Positions 13,007 through 25,292 of a stretch of 64,000 nt of DNA are shown piece by piece. The stretch's first letter is position 1; every line of letters begins with the position of its first letter. This stretch comes from Phoronis australis (Eukaryota > Animalia > Phoronida). The position numbers were made by a program, and so were the translations under genes. The stretch is from positions 230,666 through 294,665 of the forward strand of contig NMRA01000407.1 in the NCBI GenBank assembly GCA_002633005.1. The letters run 5' to 3'. Under the pieces are notes generated by a model. That model worked only from the letters and a program-made list of their open reading frames with translations. It searched no databases and had not been told where the DNA came from.

Positions 13007-14125
13007 GCAGTCGCCAGCCCAAATTGAGTGACCGAATATGTGGTTTTTACCTCGTCAAAAATACGCTTTACACTTAATTGTAAAATTGCGCTTTCTTTCT
13101 TCAGCGATCCTTTGTGGTTCTGTACAAATCTTCGATGAAGCATGTCTATGGCCATGGGAATTAAGATGATCTTGGCAAAGAACTCCAACTCCACTTTTTT
13201 TGGTTGCTGTTAACTTTTTCGCTGCGCGCGATAACCACAAAGAATTTCAACCAACATCTCACGAGTTAGGCAAGGTCAAACGTGAGAATGACTTAAGTGT
13301 GTGACCTTGCATGTGACACCCGTAAAATGTAGCATGGAAAGATATCAAGTGTAATTTGTAAGATGTGTCCTTTTGATTTTCTGTTCGTCAACAGCTGTGA
13401 TTTTGCGTAACTTCCACAAGGGAAGCTTGAGTAAATCGCGACAGATTTTCATGGATATGTTCAAATTATGTTGACTAAATTGTCTCCAGAGTCATGGTAT
13501 GTGCTTACTGTAACTTGATGTGTATGCATGCATGTTCCATTCGATGTTATTCGCTGTATTTTGAGATGATAGTACATCCCCATAAAACGTTACTCAGTTC
13601 AAAGTATGGCAAATAACATTGGATGAAACATGCAGGTATACACATTGAGTTATAATTAAAACACCATTACTCTGGAGACGTGATTCACTGAAGCTTCCCA
13701 CACCCGATGCCATTTTGAGGAAGTGACATGAAATCACACCTGTTGACAAACAAAAAGTCCAAATTTCACACAGCTTACAAATTCCTCCAGATATCTTCAC
13801 ATGCTACTTTTGCAAGTGTCAGCCACTAACTCATGTGTTCCACTCAGTCTTGTGCTTGTTGTGGTCTAACGGGTGATGTCAATTGAAACACTTCGTGGTT
13901 ATCGCGGGTGGTGGAAAAGTTATTGGCGACCAAAAATGTGGAGTTGGAATTCTTCTCCTCAGTCATCTTAATTTCTGTGTACATGCCTCATCTAAGTTAT
14001 GTAAAGAACCAAAAAGGGTCACTGAAGAAAGTAAGTGCTTTTTAAGTGACAATTTTAAATGTAAAAAGTATTTTTGATAAGGTGGAAACCACTTATTCTG
14101 TGACCGGACTTGGGCTACCACCTGA
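13007..14125. mobile_element. Old non-autonomous DNA transposon with ~250-bp degenerate terminal inverted repeats, TTAA-flanked
   Basis: 13007-13250 is the diverged reverse complement of 13883-14125 (spurious ORFs 13055..13240- and 13883..14077+ translate similarly); TTAA at 13003-06 and 14126-29. Confidence 0.75.
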
Positions 14126-14640
14126 TTAAAATACATGGGAGATAAGTACAGAACATGATATGGAGTATTGTAGCCTCTCTTCAGCCAGTCGAGGGATTTG
14201 TGATTGGCTTGATAATTTATCGCCTGTAACTGGAATGCTCAACTGATTAGCTTTAATTGATAGAATAAAGTATATTAAACAGACCAGAAATAATGATATT
14301 TTAACAGTAATCAGTGCTAGTTTTTAGATATTAAGTTATGGGAATTTACCAATGATAGAATACTTTGGATTTGTCATATAATAGAAAGTAGATGGCACTC
14401 ACTAGCACTGTAGATATAGGTTTGATTAGTGGTCGGCGTAAGTGACATATTGACTGTACTTTGACTAGCTGGTTTGTTGGCTTTGGTTGAATGATAAAAT
14501 AGTGGTCTCTGATTCAGATAACCCTAATTTTATGACAAAAGTTATAGTTGTAAAATGAGACAACACTTTTATCCATTTGAATTTTCTCAGACTCCTTACT
14601 CATCATTGGTGAAAATTGAAAGGGTTGGTTGGTTTTGCAG

Positions 14641-14840
14641 ATTTCGATTTTTCTGTACCTACTCCACCATGGCTGCGCAGGGTTTTCCTTCAGCGATAGG
14701 TCAGCGCTATGATGACATCATCAGGTCAGAGGAAGACAAGCGACTATACCGTGGACTGGAGTTGACCAATGGCATGAAGATATTACTTGTGAGCGACCCA
14801 TCAACGGACAAGTCTGCTGCCTCGATGGGAGTGAACATAG
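14641..14840 (+). CDS. IDE: Insulin-degrading enzyme, first visible coding exon (ATG at 14669)
   Basis: MAAQG...SEEDKRLYRGLELTNGMKILLVSDPSTDKSAASMGVNIG; Kozak ccaccATGg; acceptor ttttgcag at 14640, donor gttggt at 14841. Confidence 0.93.
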
Positions 14841-15775
14841 GTTGGTCATATTTTATGAGTCCCAATGCACCTTTTATTGGCAATTCTCTGTGTCAAAAAC
14901 GCTACTGTTCATTTGACATCTTACCACCGTAAAATTGGTCGGCATATGTTCTATACTTTGTGATACGAAGTGACTTAGAAAAAATTCAAAAGCATCCGTG
15001 CATGAAAATGCAAGTATGTTGTTTTTAGATTTGCATATTCATAGTAGTAATAAGTGGATGATCGATTACAATGGGATTTAATTGATTATGACCAAAAGCC
15101 CTCAAGCTTGATTTTGCCAAAACCAATAAGTCAAATACGGAAGTTTCCAGAAATTGCCAGACATAACCAAAGACAATTCTTAGTGGATTTTTCTTGTTTC
15201 ATTGCTTCCTTAAAAACACATTTACTCTTCACAAGTTTTGCATTGAAAATGAAGCTCAGTGTTTTTACGCAATTTGATTATCAATGCGTGTTTACCTAAA
15301 ATTATCAGGCCATTAGCGGGCAGTCTTTGTGCTGATTGTAATTTTTTCATAAAAAGAGTAGAAATGTCAGTGTCATGATTTTTTTGAAAATTGTTCTGGA
15401 CTTATACTAGTCCTAATGTAAATGTTATAGAATTAAGGACATGTTCTCGGGAAATAACCAACAATTTTAATTCAAACCAATGGAATTTGGATGCTGTCAA
15501 AGCATAACTGTGTCACCAAGGTGATTTCTGACAACAAAATGAAAACCAGAAAAGAATCAAAACAAGTGTTCTGGAAATAATGAGTTGTGAAGTTTCACTG
15601 AATGTTAGAAAGTTGTGAAAAATCAATTATTTCTTTAAAAGTAGTATCGACCATTATAGTCAATTATTTTTCAGCATTACCGTTTTTTCTAACAACCATG
15701 ATCAAAAACCAGAAAAGTTCAGTTTTACAAATTAATTTAACAACGTTTTTTGTTCATGTGTGTTTGTAATTACAG

Positions 15776-15852
15776 GCCACATGTCTGACCCAGAAGACTT
15801 GCCAGGCTTGGCCCACTTCTGTGAACACATGTTGTTTCTAGGAACAGTGAAA
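15776..15852 (+). CDS. IDE: IDE exon with HXXEH zinc-binding motif
   Basis: [25 protein letters not shown]; M16 peptidase inverzincin motif; AG/GT boundaries. Confidence 0.97.
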
Positions 15853-16815
15853 GTGAGTGGATTTTATTGAGCGGCCTATGTTACCTACAACATTAGCTGT
15901 AGCCAATAAAATTTTTATTTACCTTCCTTGTCATTGCTACGAGGTGACGAATTTGGCTAAAATGAGATGAGAATCGTACACACATTCTGATTGGTTTGTT
16001 ATGCAAATTTGCATATCTCGATGTGTTGAAATTTAGCTGGTTTTAAAATCAGCAGCTTCTCTAATTTCTTGGACATTCAAACTTTTCCCACTTTTCTGTT
16101 GGGAAAGTGGAGACAGTATCACGTTGGCTGTGGACTTCCTTTCTGTGTTTGATTGGCTCATGATTCAAGCAAATCTCGTCTGACCTTATTTTTGCCTTTT
16201 TGTGTACCTAAGCTTATGTGCTCTTAGTCCGTGCAGCAAACGTGCAGAAATCTTAACCTGTTTTTGAAGCATCAAAGTTTTCCCAGGAATATTAAACTTA
16301 CAACTTGTTCTCTCATCAAATCTGAGTCCTGGGTTACGCTGTTTGAAACACAATGCCCACAACCAATAATCCGAATTGCCAAATCGTCAATCGAATCGAT
16401 AGAGGATAACCTTAATTAAGTAACCTCTCTGTTGGTAACTTATGTTTTAGTCTCATTTTGAGCTTTACCTAATGCATGAATTCTTAAAGATGTAATGCTC
16501 CTAACTATGCTAATGTATAGCAGGAACTAAATGACAAATCTATTTTAACATAATCTACGCTAAACAAAGTACAGTATGTATTCAAGGATAACTTGTAAAT
16601 GTGAAAACAAAAAACTCTGAAAAATAGTTGACACTTGCACCAATGATGTTCCTCGTGGACTCACATAACCCGCATCATACAGTGTTATTCCCCAGTACCA
16701 CGTAACGATACTTAATGAAGACGGTTTGGTGATTTGCGACGGATCATTTTTTTCACAAAACTCATTCTTCAAAACATTTGGCAGTTTTTAACCTGCTTTG
16801 TATTCTCATCATCAC

Positions 16816-16971
16816 CAGTGACGGGTTTAGAGGGGGCCAAGGGGGCCATGGCCCCCCTAAAATTCTCCCAGATTCCATTTGGTAGTTTGGGGGTGCGAAT
16901 ATCTGACAGGCAAAATCCTGGCAATACTCTACCCTGGGCCCTCCTAACTCAAAATCCTGGATCCGCCCCTG
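16816..16971. mobile_element. Short GC-rich MITE (CAG..GCGGATCCAG-type ends); related pieces at ~1040-1087 and ~57627-57830
   Basis: cagtgacgggtttag ... ctggatccgcccctg imperfect TIR; no clear TSD. Confidence 0.55.
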
Positions 16972-17028
16972 ATTGCTGTATGTTGTGTTTGTAACTAATT
17001 TTTGCCAAGCAATCAGTCACATAGATAA

Positions 17029-17839
17029 GGGCTGTTCCAGCAAAATCTGTATGGGAGGGGGGGAAGGCACTTTTATTTCGTACCCACCGCCCATATTTTT
17101 CATTTATTTCTCCAACCCATGACCCATAATTTTTTAATTATTTTTAATAGGTTAAAATATAAAATCCAACACTTGCAAACAAATTGCCTCCAGGAGGACC
17201 TGTTAAGAACTTAGATGATTGACAGACAAGAACTAGTTGTCTTGTCCAATATTGTCAAAAACTAAAGTAGCCTGTAAGCAATACTTTTGGCAGCCACCAG
17301 GTGTCTCTGTTCACCATGTGTCTATAATTTCAATGAACATTTTTTCATGTATAAGAATCTATGAATCTCAAACTGTCTCCACGAACTCTTTTATACTTCT
17401 ATGTCAAGTGAACATTGGAACTTGTTTATCTTACTCCTAATACTTTTTATTTTAAAAATCATCAATTTTCTTATATGTGTTAACACCAGTTTAGTGTTGC
17501 ATAACTTTTCAATTCAATAGGACTGCAGACAAACAGTTGGCTCAAATCAAGTTGCCCATGACTTGATTAATGGCTTAGTGAACATATTGCACTCTGTTCA
17601 CTGGCAATATGGGCTTTTTTGTATTGGGATAAGTTAGGAAAAATGCCAATTGCAGTTTTTTGGCTGAAGTAACCAACCTGTCAACATTGACAGGTCAAAA
17701 AATACCACCCATTTTTAATGCATCACTTCTTACAGGAACGACCACCCATAATTTGAGTTTTTTTCTGAAGACCACCACCCATGAATTTTTATTACTACTG
17801 CCATCCCCCCCTCCCACACGGATTTTACTGGAACAGCCC
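17029..17839. mobile_element. PIF/Harbinger-like MITE
   Basis: TIR GGGCTGTTCCAG(C/T)AAAATC..GGGAGGGGGG / CCCCCCTCCC..GATTTTACTGGAACAGCCC, with TAA duplicated on both sides. Confidence 0.88.
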
Positions 17840-17939
17840 TAAGTAATTAGCATGTAAGTTGCACTTTAAAGCTCAAAACTCTGATTGCCATCAGTTTACT
17901 TGTTGATCTATTGATACGATCATTCTTCATCCATTCTTA

Positions 17940-18490
17940 AGCATGCAACATGGAACCTGTCATATGTTCTAAACTAACAAAATCACCATCAGAGCTATAC
18001 ATTTCTCTGATAAATCTTACTAAGCCTTTTACAAACCAAGACTTGTAAAAAAACTTCTGCCTCCGATCCCCATTTACCTATTAAACCACAAAGTTTGATT
18101 CAAAAAGTCTTCTTACTTGCAATGGTTATTTTCTCATAACAAGTTGTCATACTTCCAAACACATCGTGCCATCAGGAATTATCAATAAGAGTAAATTTTG
18201 ACTTAATAAAGTCTTCTCCAAATGAAGCCAAGTTATTTAAAAATGGGTAGAGCAATTGTTTTAGTAACTGACCACTGTTAGATGACGAGCTTTCAAGATG
18301 CCTATGGGCTATGGCGAATTTTAAAGCTTTGCTGAAAGTATGTATGTTAATTAACCTTTTGAAATCCCCCAGTCCTAAGTAGGCCGTAGTTCTTTTATTT
18401 TTATCATTATGCGCCTGCCATATAATTCTAAAGAATATTGTATTCAATTCATCCAAGACCTCTACTGGTAGATTTGGTAAACTTGACAAT
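17940..18490 (-). mobile_element. L1/Tx1-type LINE fragment (post-RT region)
   Basis: LSSLPNLPVEVLDELNTIFFRIIW...KRTTAY.GLG..INIHTFSKALK...W..FYKSWFVKG resembles the Tx1/L1 ORF2 C-terminal region. Confidence 0.75.
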
Positions 18491-18520
18491 TTATTATAAT
18501 AATTTCTTGTTATGTTTCAG

Positions 18521-18651
18521 TATCCAACGGAGAACGAATACTGCCAGTTTCTCAGTCAACATGGCGGTAGTTCCAATGCCTTTACCAGTGGTGAGATGAC
18601 TAACTATTTCTTTGACGTTTCTCCCGATTCACTGGCTGGCGCCTTAGATAG
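18521..18651 (+). CDS. IDE: IDE exon
   Basis: [44 protein letters not shown]; AG/GT. Confidence 0.97.
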
Positions 18652-19170
18652 GTAAGGCACGATGTTGATCATAATATTCTGTGTTTCAGGTTGTCATTTA
18701 GCTGGCATTGTGTTGATGATTGTTTACTTTTAAGATAAGAGTTTCTTATTAAGAAATAAATTCAGCATGATGATTAGGTAAATTGTTTTTAAAAATTGGG
18801 TTTTTTGTAATTTAACATAGCTGTAAAACCACCTTCCGTCACAAAATCCAACTTTTGATTTGGGCCACTAACCATATTGAAATTGGTCTCAAAGTTCTTT
18901 ATAAAAATAACAGTGCATTTCAGGGTTCAAGAGATCTGGCATTTAGCTCTTGCTTAAGTCAAAAAATTAAATTGAATGTTGACTTGTCACGTGGCATCAT
19001 TTTGTGCACCGCACATGGTTTCAAGTAATAACAAACTATCACTTCTCGTTTGAGACCAATTTTATGTCAACGAATGTTCGTTTCATGGATGGAATACAGG
19101 GTTTTGTAGCTGTGTTAAGAATTCTCGATGTGATTGAGTAAATGTTCATTCCGTCATTGATTTGCTGTAG

Positions 19171-19340
19171 GTTTGCCCAATTCTTCCTCTGCCCATTGTT
19201 CACTGAGAGTGCCACAGACAGAGAGATCAATGCAGTCAACTCTGAACATGACAAGAACCTGCCCACCGATGCTTGGCGCATGAACCAGCTGGACAAGTCA
19301 ACCTGCATCCCCACCCACCCATACAGCAAATTTGGCTCTG
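19171..19340 (+). CDS. IDE: IDE exon (distal Zn-ligand Glu in NSEH)
   Basis: [29 protein letters not shown]...HPYSKFGSG; AG/GT. Confidence 0.97.
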
Positions 19341-19633
19341 GTCAGTGAAGTTTTCATTCTTGGTCTTCTTTCAAGTGCATACAAATGTCTTGTGGTTTAC
19401 GCAACTCTGCCTAGTAATGGGCACTCAATTTTGGTGTTCCTACAGAGTTGAACTTTGAATTAAATTTTGCTGCTGTTCTACTAAATTTAGATTGAATTGT
19501 CCACTTAGTAAAGCCTTTCATCTTATATTCCGAAAGAAAGAAATTATGGTTAGATCAGTTTGGATTTGTCTGTCATTGAAATATAGAAGCTTACTAGGTA
19601 ATATCTGTTGTGTATTTCAACCATCAATTGTAG

Positions 19634-19756
19634 GAAACAGGCAGACTTTGGACATCGTACCCAAGGAAAATGGTGTAGTTGTGCGAGAAGAACTATTAAA
19701 ATTTCACAGCAAATATTACTCAGCAAACATCATGGGCCTGACAATCCTGGGAAGAG
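19634..19756 (+). CDS. IDE: IDE exon
   Basis: NRQTLDIVPKENGVVVREELLKFHSKYYSANIMGLTILGR; AG/GT. Confidence 0.96.
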
Positions 19757-19986
19757 GTCAGTAATGTAGAGTTATACTCTGGTAATCATGGTAACCACAC
19801 ACGTTAATGATTGAGGAGAAAAATACTTCCTTTTACTTTCTTACAGGGAAATATTTCGACTTAGGGGAAACCCCCCAGTCACCAGTCACCACCCTTTATC
19901 ACTTACTACTTCAAGTAGCCAAATGTGTTTGTGCTGGTTCCAAAACAATGTTTGTAATATGTTCAACTTACACCACTGGCTTTCTT

Positions 19987-20082
19987 GGACTAGCCTAAGT
20001 AGGGGTGTCAGGTAGTGCATTGAGGACTAGCCTATGTAGGGGTGTCAGGTAGTGCATTGAGGACTAGCCTAAGTAGGGGTTT
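19987..20082. repeat. 37-bp tandem repeat x2.6
   Basis: ggactagcctaagtaggggtgtcaggtagtgcattga starts at 19987, 20024, 20061. Confidence 0.9.
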
Positions 20083-20921
20083 CAAGTAATGAACCGAGTG
20101 TTGATGATTGGTGAGACATTGCGCACGTACTGGACTTAATGGTCAGGATGATATGCCGGTTAATAAAAGAACACTATGTTTCTGTACAAGAAACTATCTT
20201 TCAGACTGTTTTATTATATGATCGCATTAATATATATACACAAGTAGCGTGCCCATATAAGGCAAGATACAGCAAAACTGCATTCCAAGACTATAGCATT
20301 CCAAGACTACAGCATTCCACTAATTATCTCTTATACAACCATTTCTTATGTAATTCTTATACAACTATTTCTTATGTAATTCTTATACAACTATCTCTTA
20401 TGCAATTCTTTTACAATTTCTTATGTAATTTATAATACATCATTGAGATCATTCTCCAACACCGAGGACTCTCTGAGTGCCTTTAATGGAGATCTTGGTA
20501 GGCCTACACTTGTCCTGTTCCATATTTGGCTTCGAGCAATATTGTTCACCTTCAGTTCGTATGATCTGATACGCTCGATGGATCGGTCTCTATTTGTTTT
20601 ATCACTTGACCATTGATTTTTTCGTCTCTCGTTGGATACGCTTGTTCTTACCTGCTTTGATTTACCGACACCATTAGCTTGATTTGTGGTTAGGGTTTAT
20701 CATTCTACAGCATCTGATTGGTCAGACCGCAAATAACGATGACTGATAGCTGTGTGGCAGGAATGAAAAGTGATGTGTCATACTAAGTTGGTCAATGTTA
20801 CAATACATTGGAAGTTGTTATAACACATCTCAGTCAATCAGAAGACAAAACTATTGGTGGTCTGTAGTATTTTCGTTTTCCTGAGTTGCACTTAGTACTT
20901 TGAACCCTGTTTATTTTGTAG

Positions 20922-21034
20922 AGTCTCTTGATGAGCTGACAGACATGGCTGTCAATCTGTTTTCTTCAGTAGCCAATAAGAATGTGACTATACCTGAATG
21001 GGTGGAGCATCCATACAGTAGTGAACAACTTGGT
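20922..21034 (+). CDS. IDE: IDE exon
   Basis: SLDELTDMAVNLFSSVANKNVTIPEWVEHPYSSEQLG; AG/GT. Confidence 0.96.
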
Positions 21035-21345
21035 GTAAGTTTATATAAGTTACTTGTGTGGTTCAGGGGGCTATTACATGGTTTGGGTTCAGGTGGGTTA
21101 TAACATGGCTTGTTTTTTTCTCAGAATGGCGTCTTGTGTATTACTGAAAATGTTTACTGTATTTATGGTGGCTGAGTTTCAGCTTCATGTGAAGTTTTAT
21201 TTGCTATTTCAGCCCCACCTACAGTTAACATCTTAAGTATTTATTTACTGAATATATTTTGAGAGGTGGCCTGCACAGTCAACGAATACTTGCCAACAAA
21301 GTTATTCTCATGTTGTTGCTCTTTAACACAACTCTGTCATTGCAG

Positions 21346-21435
21346 AAGAAGATTTATGCTGTGCCAATTAAAGACATCCGCGGTCTCAATATAACTTGGC
21401 CCATCCCTGACTTGAGAGAACATTACAAGTCCTGT
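21346..21435 (+). CDS. IDE: IDE exon
   Basis: KKIYAVPIKDIRGLNITWPIPDLREHYKSC; AG/GT. Confidence 0.95.
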
Positions 21436-21543
21436 GTAAGTACTTCTAGTAGTCTAGTTCTGACTGAAAAATCTCATTTAATACATATTCAGAATCACTT
21501 GATTCATTGCTCCTTCTCGATGTGTGATAACTCCCACGATGTG

Positions 21544-21594
21544 AATACAGTACAATACAATACAATACAATACAATACAATACAATACAATACA
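21544..21594. repeat. (AATAC)n microsatellite
   Basis: Direct observation. Confidence 0.95.
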
Positions 21595-22411
21595 AAAGTA
21601 ATCAGGCAAAATACCATTTCCCCATCATGACGGCTACTTCTGTTAACAGCAAAAATGGCTGGTAATAACTAGTAGGCTGGCAAAATTCTAAGTGCAGAAT
21701 GGCTTATCTTATTTGCTTAATTTCCTGATAATTTTTCTTCATTCTGAGCCATGTGAGAAAACCAATACGATGACGAATTTGTCTTCTGCTCAGCTGTTTT
21801 GACAAGGAATTTTAAGACATTTTGTCTGATTCATTACTTTTGGCAGTTACTGTCTAGTCTAGTGCCAGTGTTGCTGTTTTATCAAAACTTTCCATTTGCT
21901 GAGAGCTTGGATTTACGTTATTGTTAAACACTGGATTGTTTTACAGTTTCTCAAAAACGTTTGTGTTGCTGAAACAGAGAATTTACAAATCATTTCCGGA
22001 TTCAAGCTCCCAGAATTGTGTGAACGAGATGATTATGAGAAGTTTCAGTCAGATGCTGAAACTTTTCTAACACGTAATGCTTTTCAGTCGCTTCTTCGCA
22101 TAATATCAGTAGCTTGCCCTTGTCTGCCTCTTCTGAGGCTCACTTCCTGTTCCACACTTCATTAGCCTTATTAAGGATAGTGTGAGTCGTATACTTGAAG
22201 AATTGTGTAATACTGGTCACCCAAGGCATCACCAGTAGATGTAGGTATACGGTATGTAGAGATCACTTCATGTAGCATTTTCACAAGTTGATTGTATCAC
22301 AGACGTGGAGGAACTGGTACCATGTGTCTAGTTCTCACTATTTGTAAGGTCTATAAAGAACTGAAAGGATCATGATGTGACTTACGATCTACGGAGTTGT
22401 TGTAATTTCAG

Positions 22412-22484
22412 CCGACCCATTACTTGGGTCATTTGATTGGACATGAGGGTAAAGGCAGTCTACTGTCAGAACTGAAGAAGAAAG
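22412..22484 (+). CDS. IDE: IDE exon (exosite region)
   Basis: [24 protein letters not shown]; AG/GT. Confidence 0.97.
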
Positions 22485-22849
22485 GTGAGCTCACTTCTGA
22501 GTGCTCATTGTATTATCTCATGGTCATCTTGACGTTAGTCTTCAAGTGGCTTCAGTAATGTTCAAGTTGTAGTAGAAGTTATCTTGTTGCACAATCGATA
22601 TGCCATTGTATCCAGAGATATTTTGTTGCACAATCGATATACCATTGTATCCAGAGAGACATGGAAATAATCAGCAAGAGTTTTCCTCGTGGCGTACACT
22701 CAGTAGCATTAATCATCATATGACGATGTTCTTTGTATTACATCACTGTATTGCACTTAGCTAGATGATTTGTATTGAAACTATTTTTGCCATAAATCAT
22801 GTAATTAACCAGTGCTTGTCCTTTCCAACATAACTGTTTTATGTTACAG

Positions 22850-22942
22850 GCTGGGTGAGCAGTCTTGTTGGTGGTGAGAAAACGGGGGCACGAGGCTTTG
22901 GCTTCTTCATCTGTAATGTTGACCTGACAGAGCAAGGCATGG
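22850..22942 (+). CDS. IDE: IDE exon
   Basis: [30 protein letters not shown]; AG/GT. Confidence 0.96.
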
Positions 22943-23089
22943 GTAAGGTCAACTGGGTGGCTGGGAGGAGCTTGACCGGCTATGGCTGGGATATAAGATG
23001 CTCACATTTTGAGAACCATTTTGATGTTCGTTATTCAGTGGAGAAAAATGGTTCTCAAAGTGCGGTCATATTGTATCTGACGACTACCG

Positions 23090-23470
23090 GTCGACCTGAC
23101 AGCATGAGATGAGTAAAGTTTACAGGGTGGCTGGGAGGTGGTCAACTTGACCTACAAGGGGATGGGTAAGGTCTATAGGGTGGCTGGGAGGTGGTCAACT
23201 TGACCTACAAGGGGATGATGGGTAAGGTCTATAGTGTGGCTGGGAGGTGGTCAGCTTGACCTACAAGGGGATGGGTAAGTTCTATAGTGTGGCTGGGAGG
23301 TGGTCAACTTGACCTACAAGGGGATGGGTAAGGTCTATAGTGTGGCTGGGAGGTGGCCAATATGGCAAAACACTGGATGGGTAAAGTTTACTGGGTGGCT
23401 TAGAGGTGGTCCACCTAGCAGAGCAGGCGATGGGTGAGGTCTACAAGGTGACTGGTGATGGTCAACTTCA
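23090..23470 (+). repeat. ~53-bp minisatellite derived from the upstream exon end and donor site
   Basis: Unit gtcaacttgacctacaaggggatgggtaaggtctatagtgtggctgggaggtg at 23141, 23194, 23250, 23303; resembles 22918-22970. Confidence 0.9.
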
Positions 23471-23897
23471 AGGCATTACCTCCTATTGTACACATCACGT
23501 TATGCTGAGTTCAACTTTGGTTTCCAAAACACTGCGCCCAAGGTCTTCACAGGACCGGAAACTGTGGCCTTTGAGTTAAGTGTCGGACCTGGTGTCAGCA
23601 GAAAACATGCACTTATTCAAAGACTGTATTGATATCTATAAAGTAGCACTTTTAATTCTTTTTAAGTGTACAAAGTGGTTGTTGGTAATTTTTTTGTTTT
23701 AAATTTCTGAACCATAGGGGTAGGACATCGTGAAGTGGTGGTGATTTGCACACACAAAGGTTGGCTGTGCACAAATTCTGTGATCATTGCTTGATGCGAG
23801 ATCAGTTATAAATGTGTGCATTAGGTTATTATGTGCAGTTGTTTTCTCTATTTGCTAGAAGTACTGTGTTAAGTCAAGATTTGAGTTTCTGTTGTAG

Positions 23898-23989
23898 AGC
23901 ATATAGATGACATCATTACCCTCATTTACCAGTACCTAAACATGCTTAGAAAGGAAGGTGTGCAAGAATGGGTTCATGAAGAGTGCAGG
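23898..23989 (+). CDS. IDE: IDE exon
   Basis: HIDDIITLIYQYLNMLRKEGVQEWVHEECR; AG/GT. Confidence 0.96.
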
Positions 23990-24372
23990 GTAAGTGTCAG
24001 GGGTCATAGGTCAGGGTGCCAAGGAAGTGTTTATGTGGATTTCAAAGAAATGATTAATGGAGCTTCGGGCATCGAAGAGTGTAGCTCACGTTGACTAGAG
24101 ACTGCAAGTTTAGAATTAGAGTTCAAGGTTGATAAGAAGTTCAGTGTATGGGTCAGAGGTCAAGGTCATGAAGCCGACGGATTGAGAGGCAAGGTGCTGT
24201 ATTTGCAGAAAGAACTTCTGATAATCGTGGCAATCAAAATGGTCTTTTGATTTTAGTTTGATATGTATTCGTCAAACAGTCAGGTAAAATGTTGGTGAAT
24301 GTTAATATCAATGATTGTTGGGTAAGACATTTCCAGACTGTTGAATTCTTCTTTTGATCTGTTTTTTTTCAG

Positions 24373-24453
24373 GACTTAAGTTTAATGACATTTAGGTTCA
24401 AAGACAAAGAAAAGCCACGAGGTTATGTTAGCATGCTATCCCAAGGATTGTTT
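24373..24453 (+). CDS. IDE: IDE exon
   Basis: DLSLMTFRFKDKEKPRGYVSMLSQGLF; AG/GT. Confidence 0.96.
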
Positions 24454-24760
24454 GTGAGTAAGAGCGTGGAAAGAAAGTGTTGTTCAGTCACCGTTGTTCA
24501 TTTGGCATTAATATGTTTTCAAACTGTTTAATTGGTATTGCAACATTTTGTTGGTAGTTTGTAGGAGTTATAGTATATTACTAATGAATGGTGTTTGATG
24601 AATTATTTGAAGTACAAGCGTTCTCACTTCGGATTTTTGAACGTCGTGAGCCACCACCCTCAAATTTTAATTGAAATGAGTTGTAACTACTATCCTTTGA
24701 AGTGATATCAACTTAAAAATGTCACAATTGCAACAGCTTTGTTCTAGTGCCCACTTTAGT

Positions 24761-24965
24761 CTGAATCTTGACCATCTTTATGCTAATTATTACCTATGTT
24801 CCTGAATCTTGACCATCTTTATGCTAATTATTACCTATGTTCCTGAATCTTGACCATCTTTATGCTAATTATTACCTATGTTCCTGAATCTTGACCATCT
24901 TTATGCTAATTATTACCTATGTTCCTGAATCTTGACCATCTTTTTGCTAATTATTACCTATGTTC
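24761..24965. repeat. 41-bp minisatellite x5
   Basis: ctgaatcttgaccatctttatgctaattattacctatgttc repeated. Confidence 0.95.
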
Positions 24966-25188
24966 CATTAAAAAGTTTAACCAAGACCACGGTGAACACC
25001 CGTTGGGGACTTATCTGAGCATTGTGGTTGTCAACATTCCATTGTTCCTACGATGCTCAACATTTTTTCTGGTGAATATACCGCATATTATTAACCATGG
25101 AATCTACAGTTCAGTATTTTTCAATACATTTTGTGTTATAATGTGTTGATCCAGTGCTTATTGACCTAATACTGATACTTTGTTGCAG

Positions 25189-25292
25189 CTGTACCCACTG
25201 ACAGAGAGCCTGTCTGCTCCTTACCAACTGACTGACTACAGACCTGACCTGATCAGTATGCTTGTTGATAAACTGACTCCAGATAACATGAG
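25189..25292 (+). CDS. IDE: IDE exon
   Basis: LYPLTESLSAPYQLTDYRPDLISMLVDKLTPDNMR; AG/GT. Confidence 0.96.

Noticed and set aside
15988-16015. CCAAT box plus palindromic octamer ATGCAAATTTGCAT in an IDE intron
   Set aside because: Short motifs are expected by chance or within repeats; no conservation data
20330-20720. Possible RTE-type LINE 3' end with short-repeat tail (minus strand)
   Set aside because: Peptide resemblance too weak to support by eye
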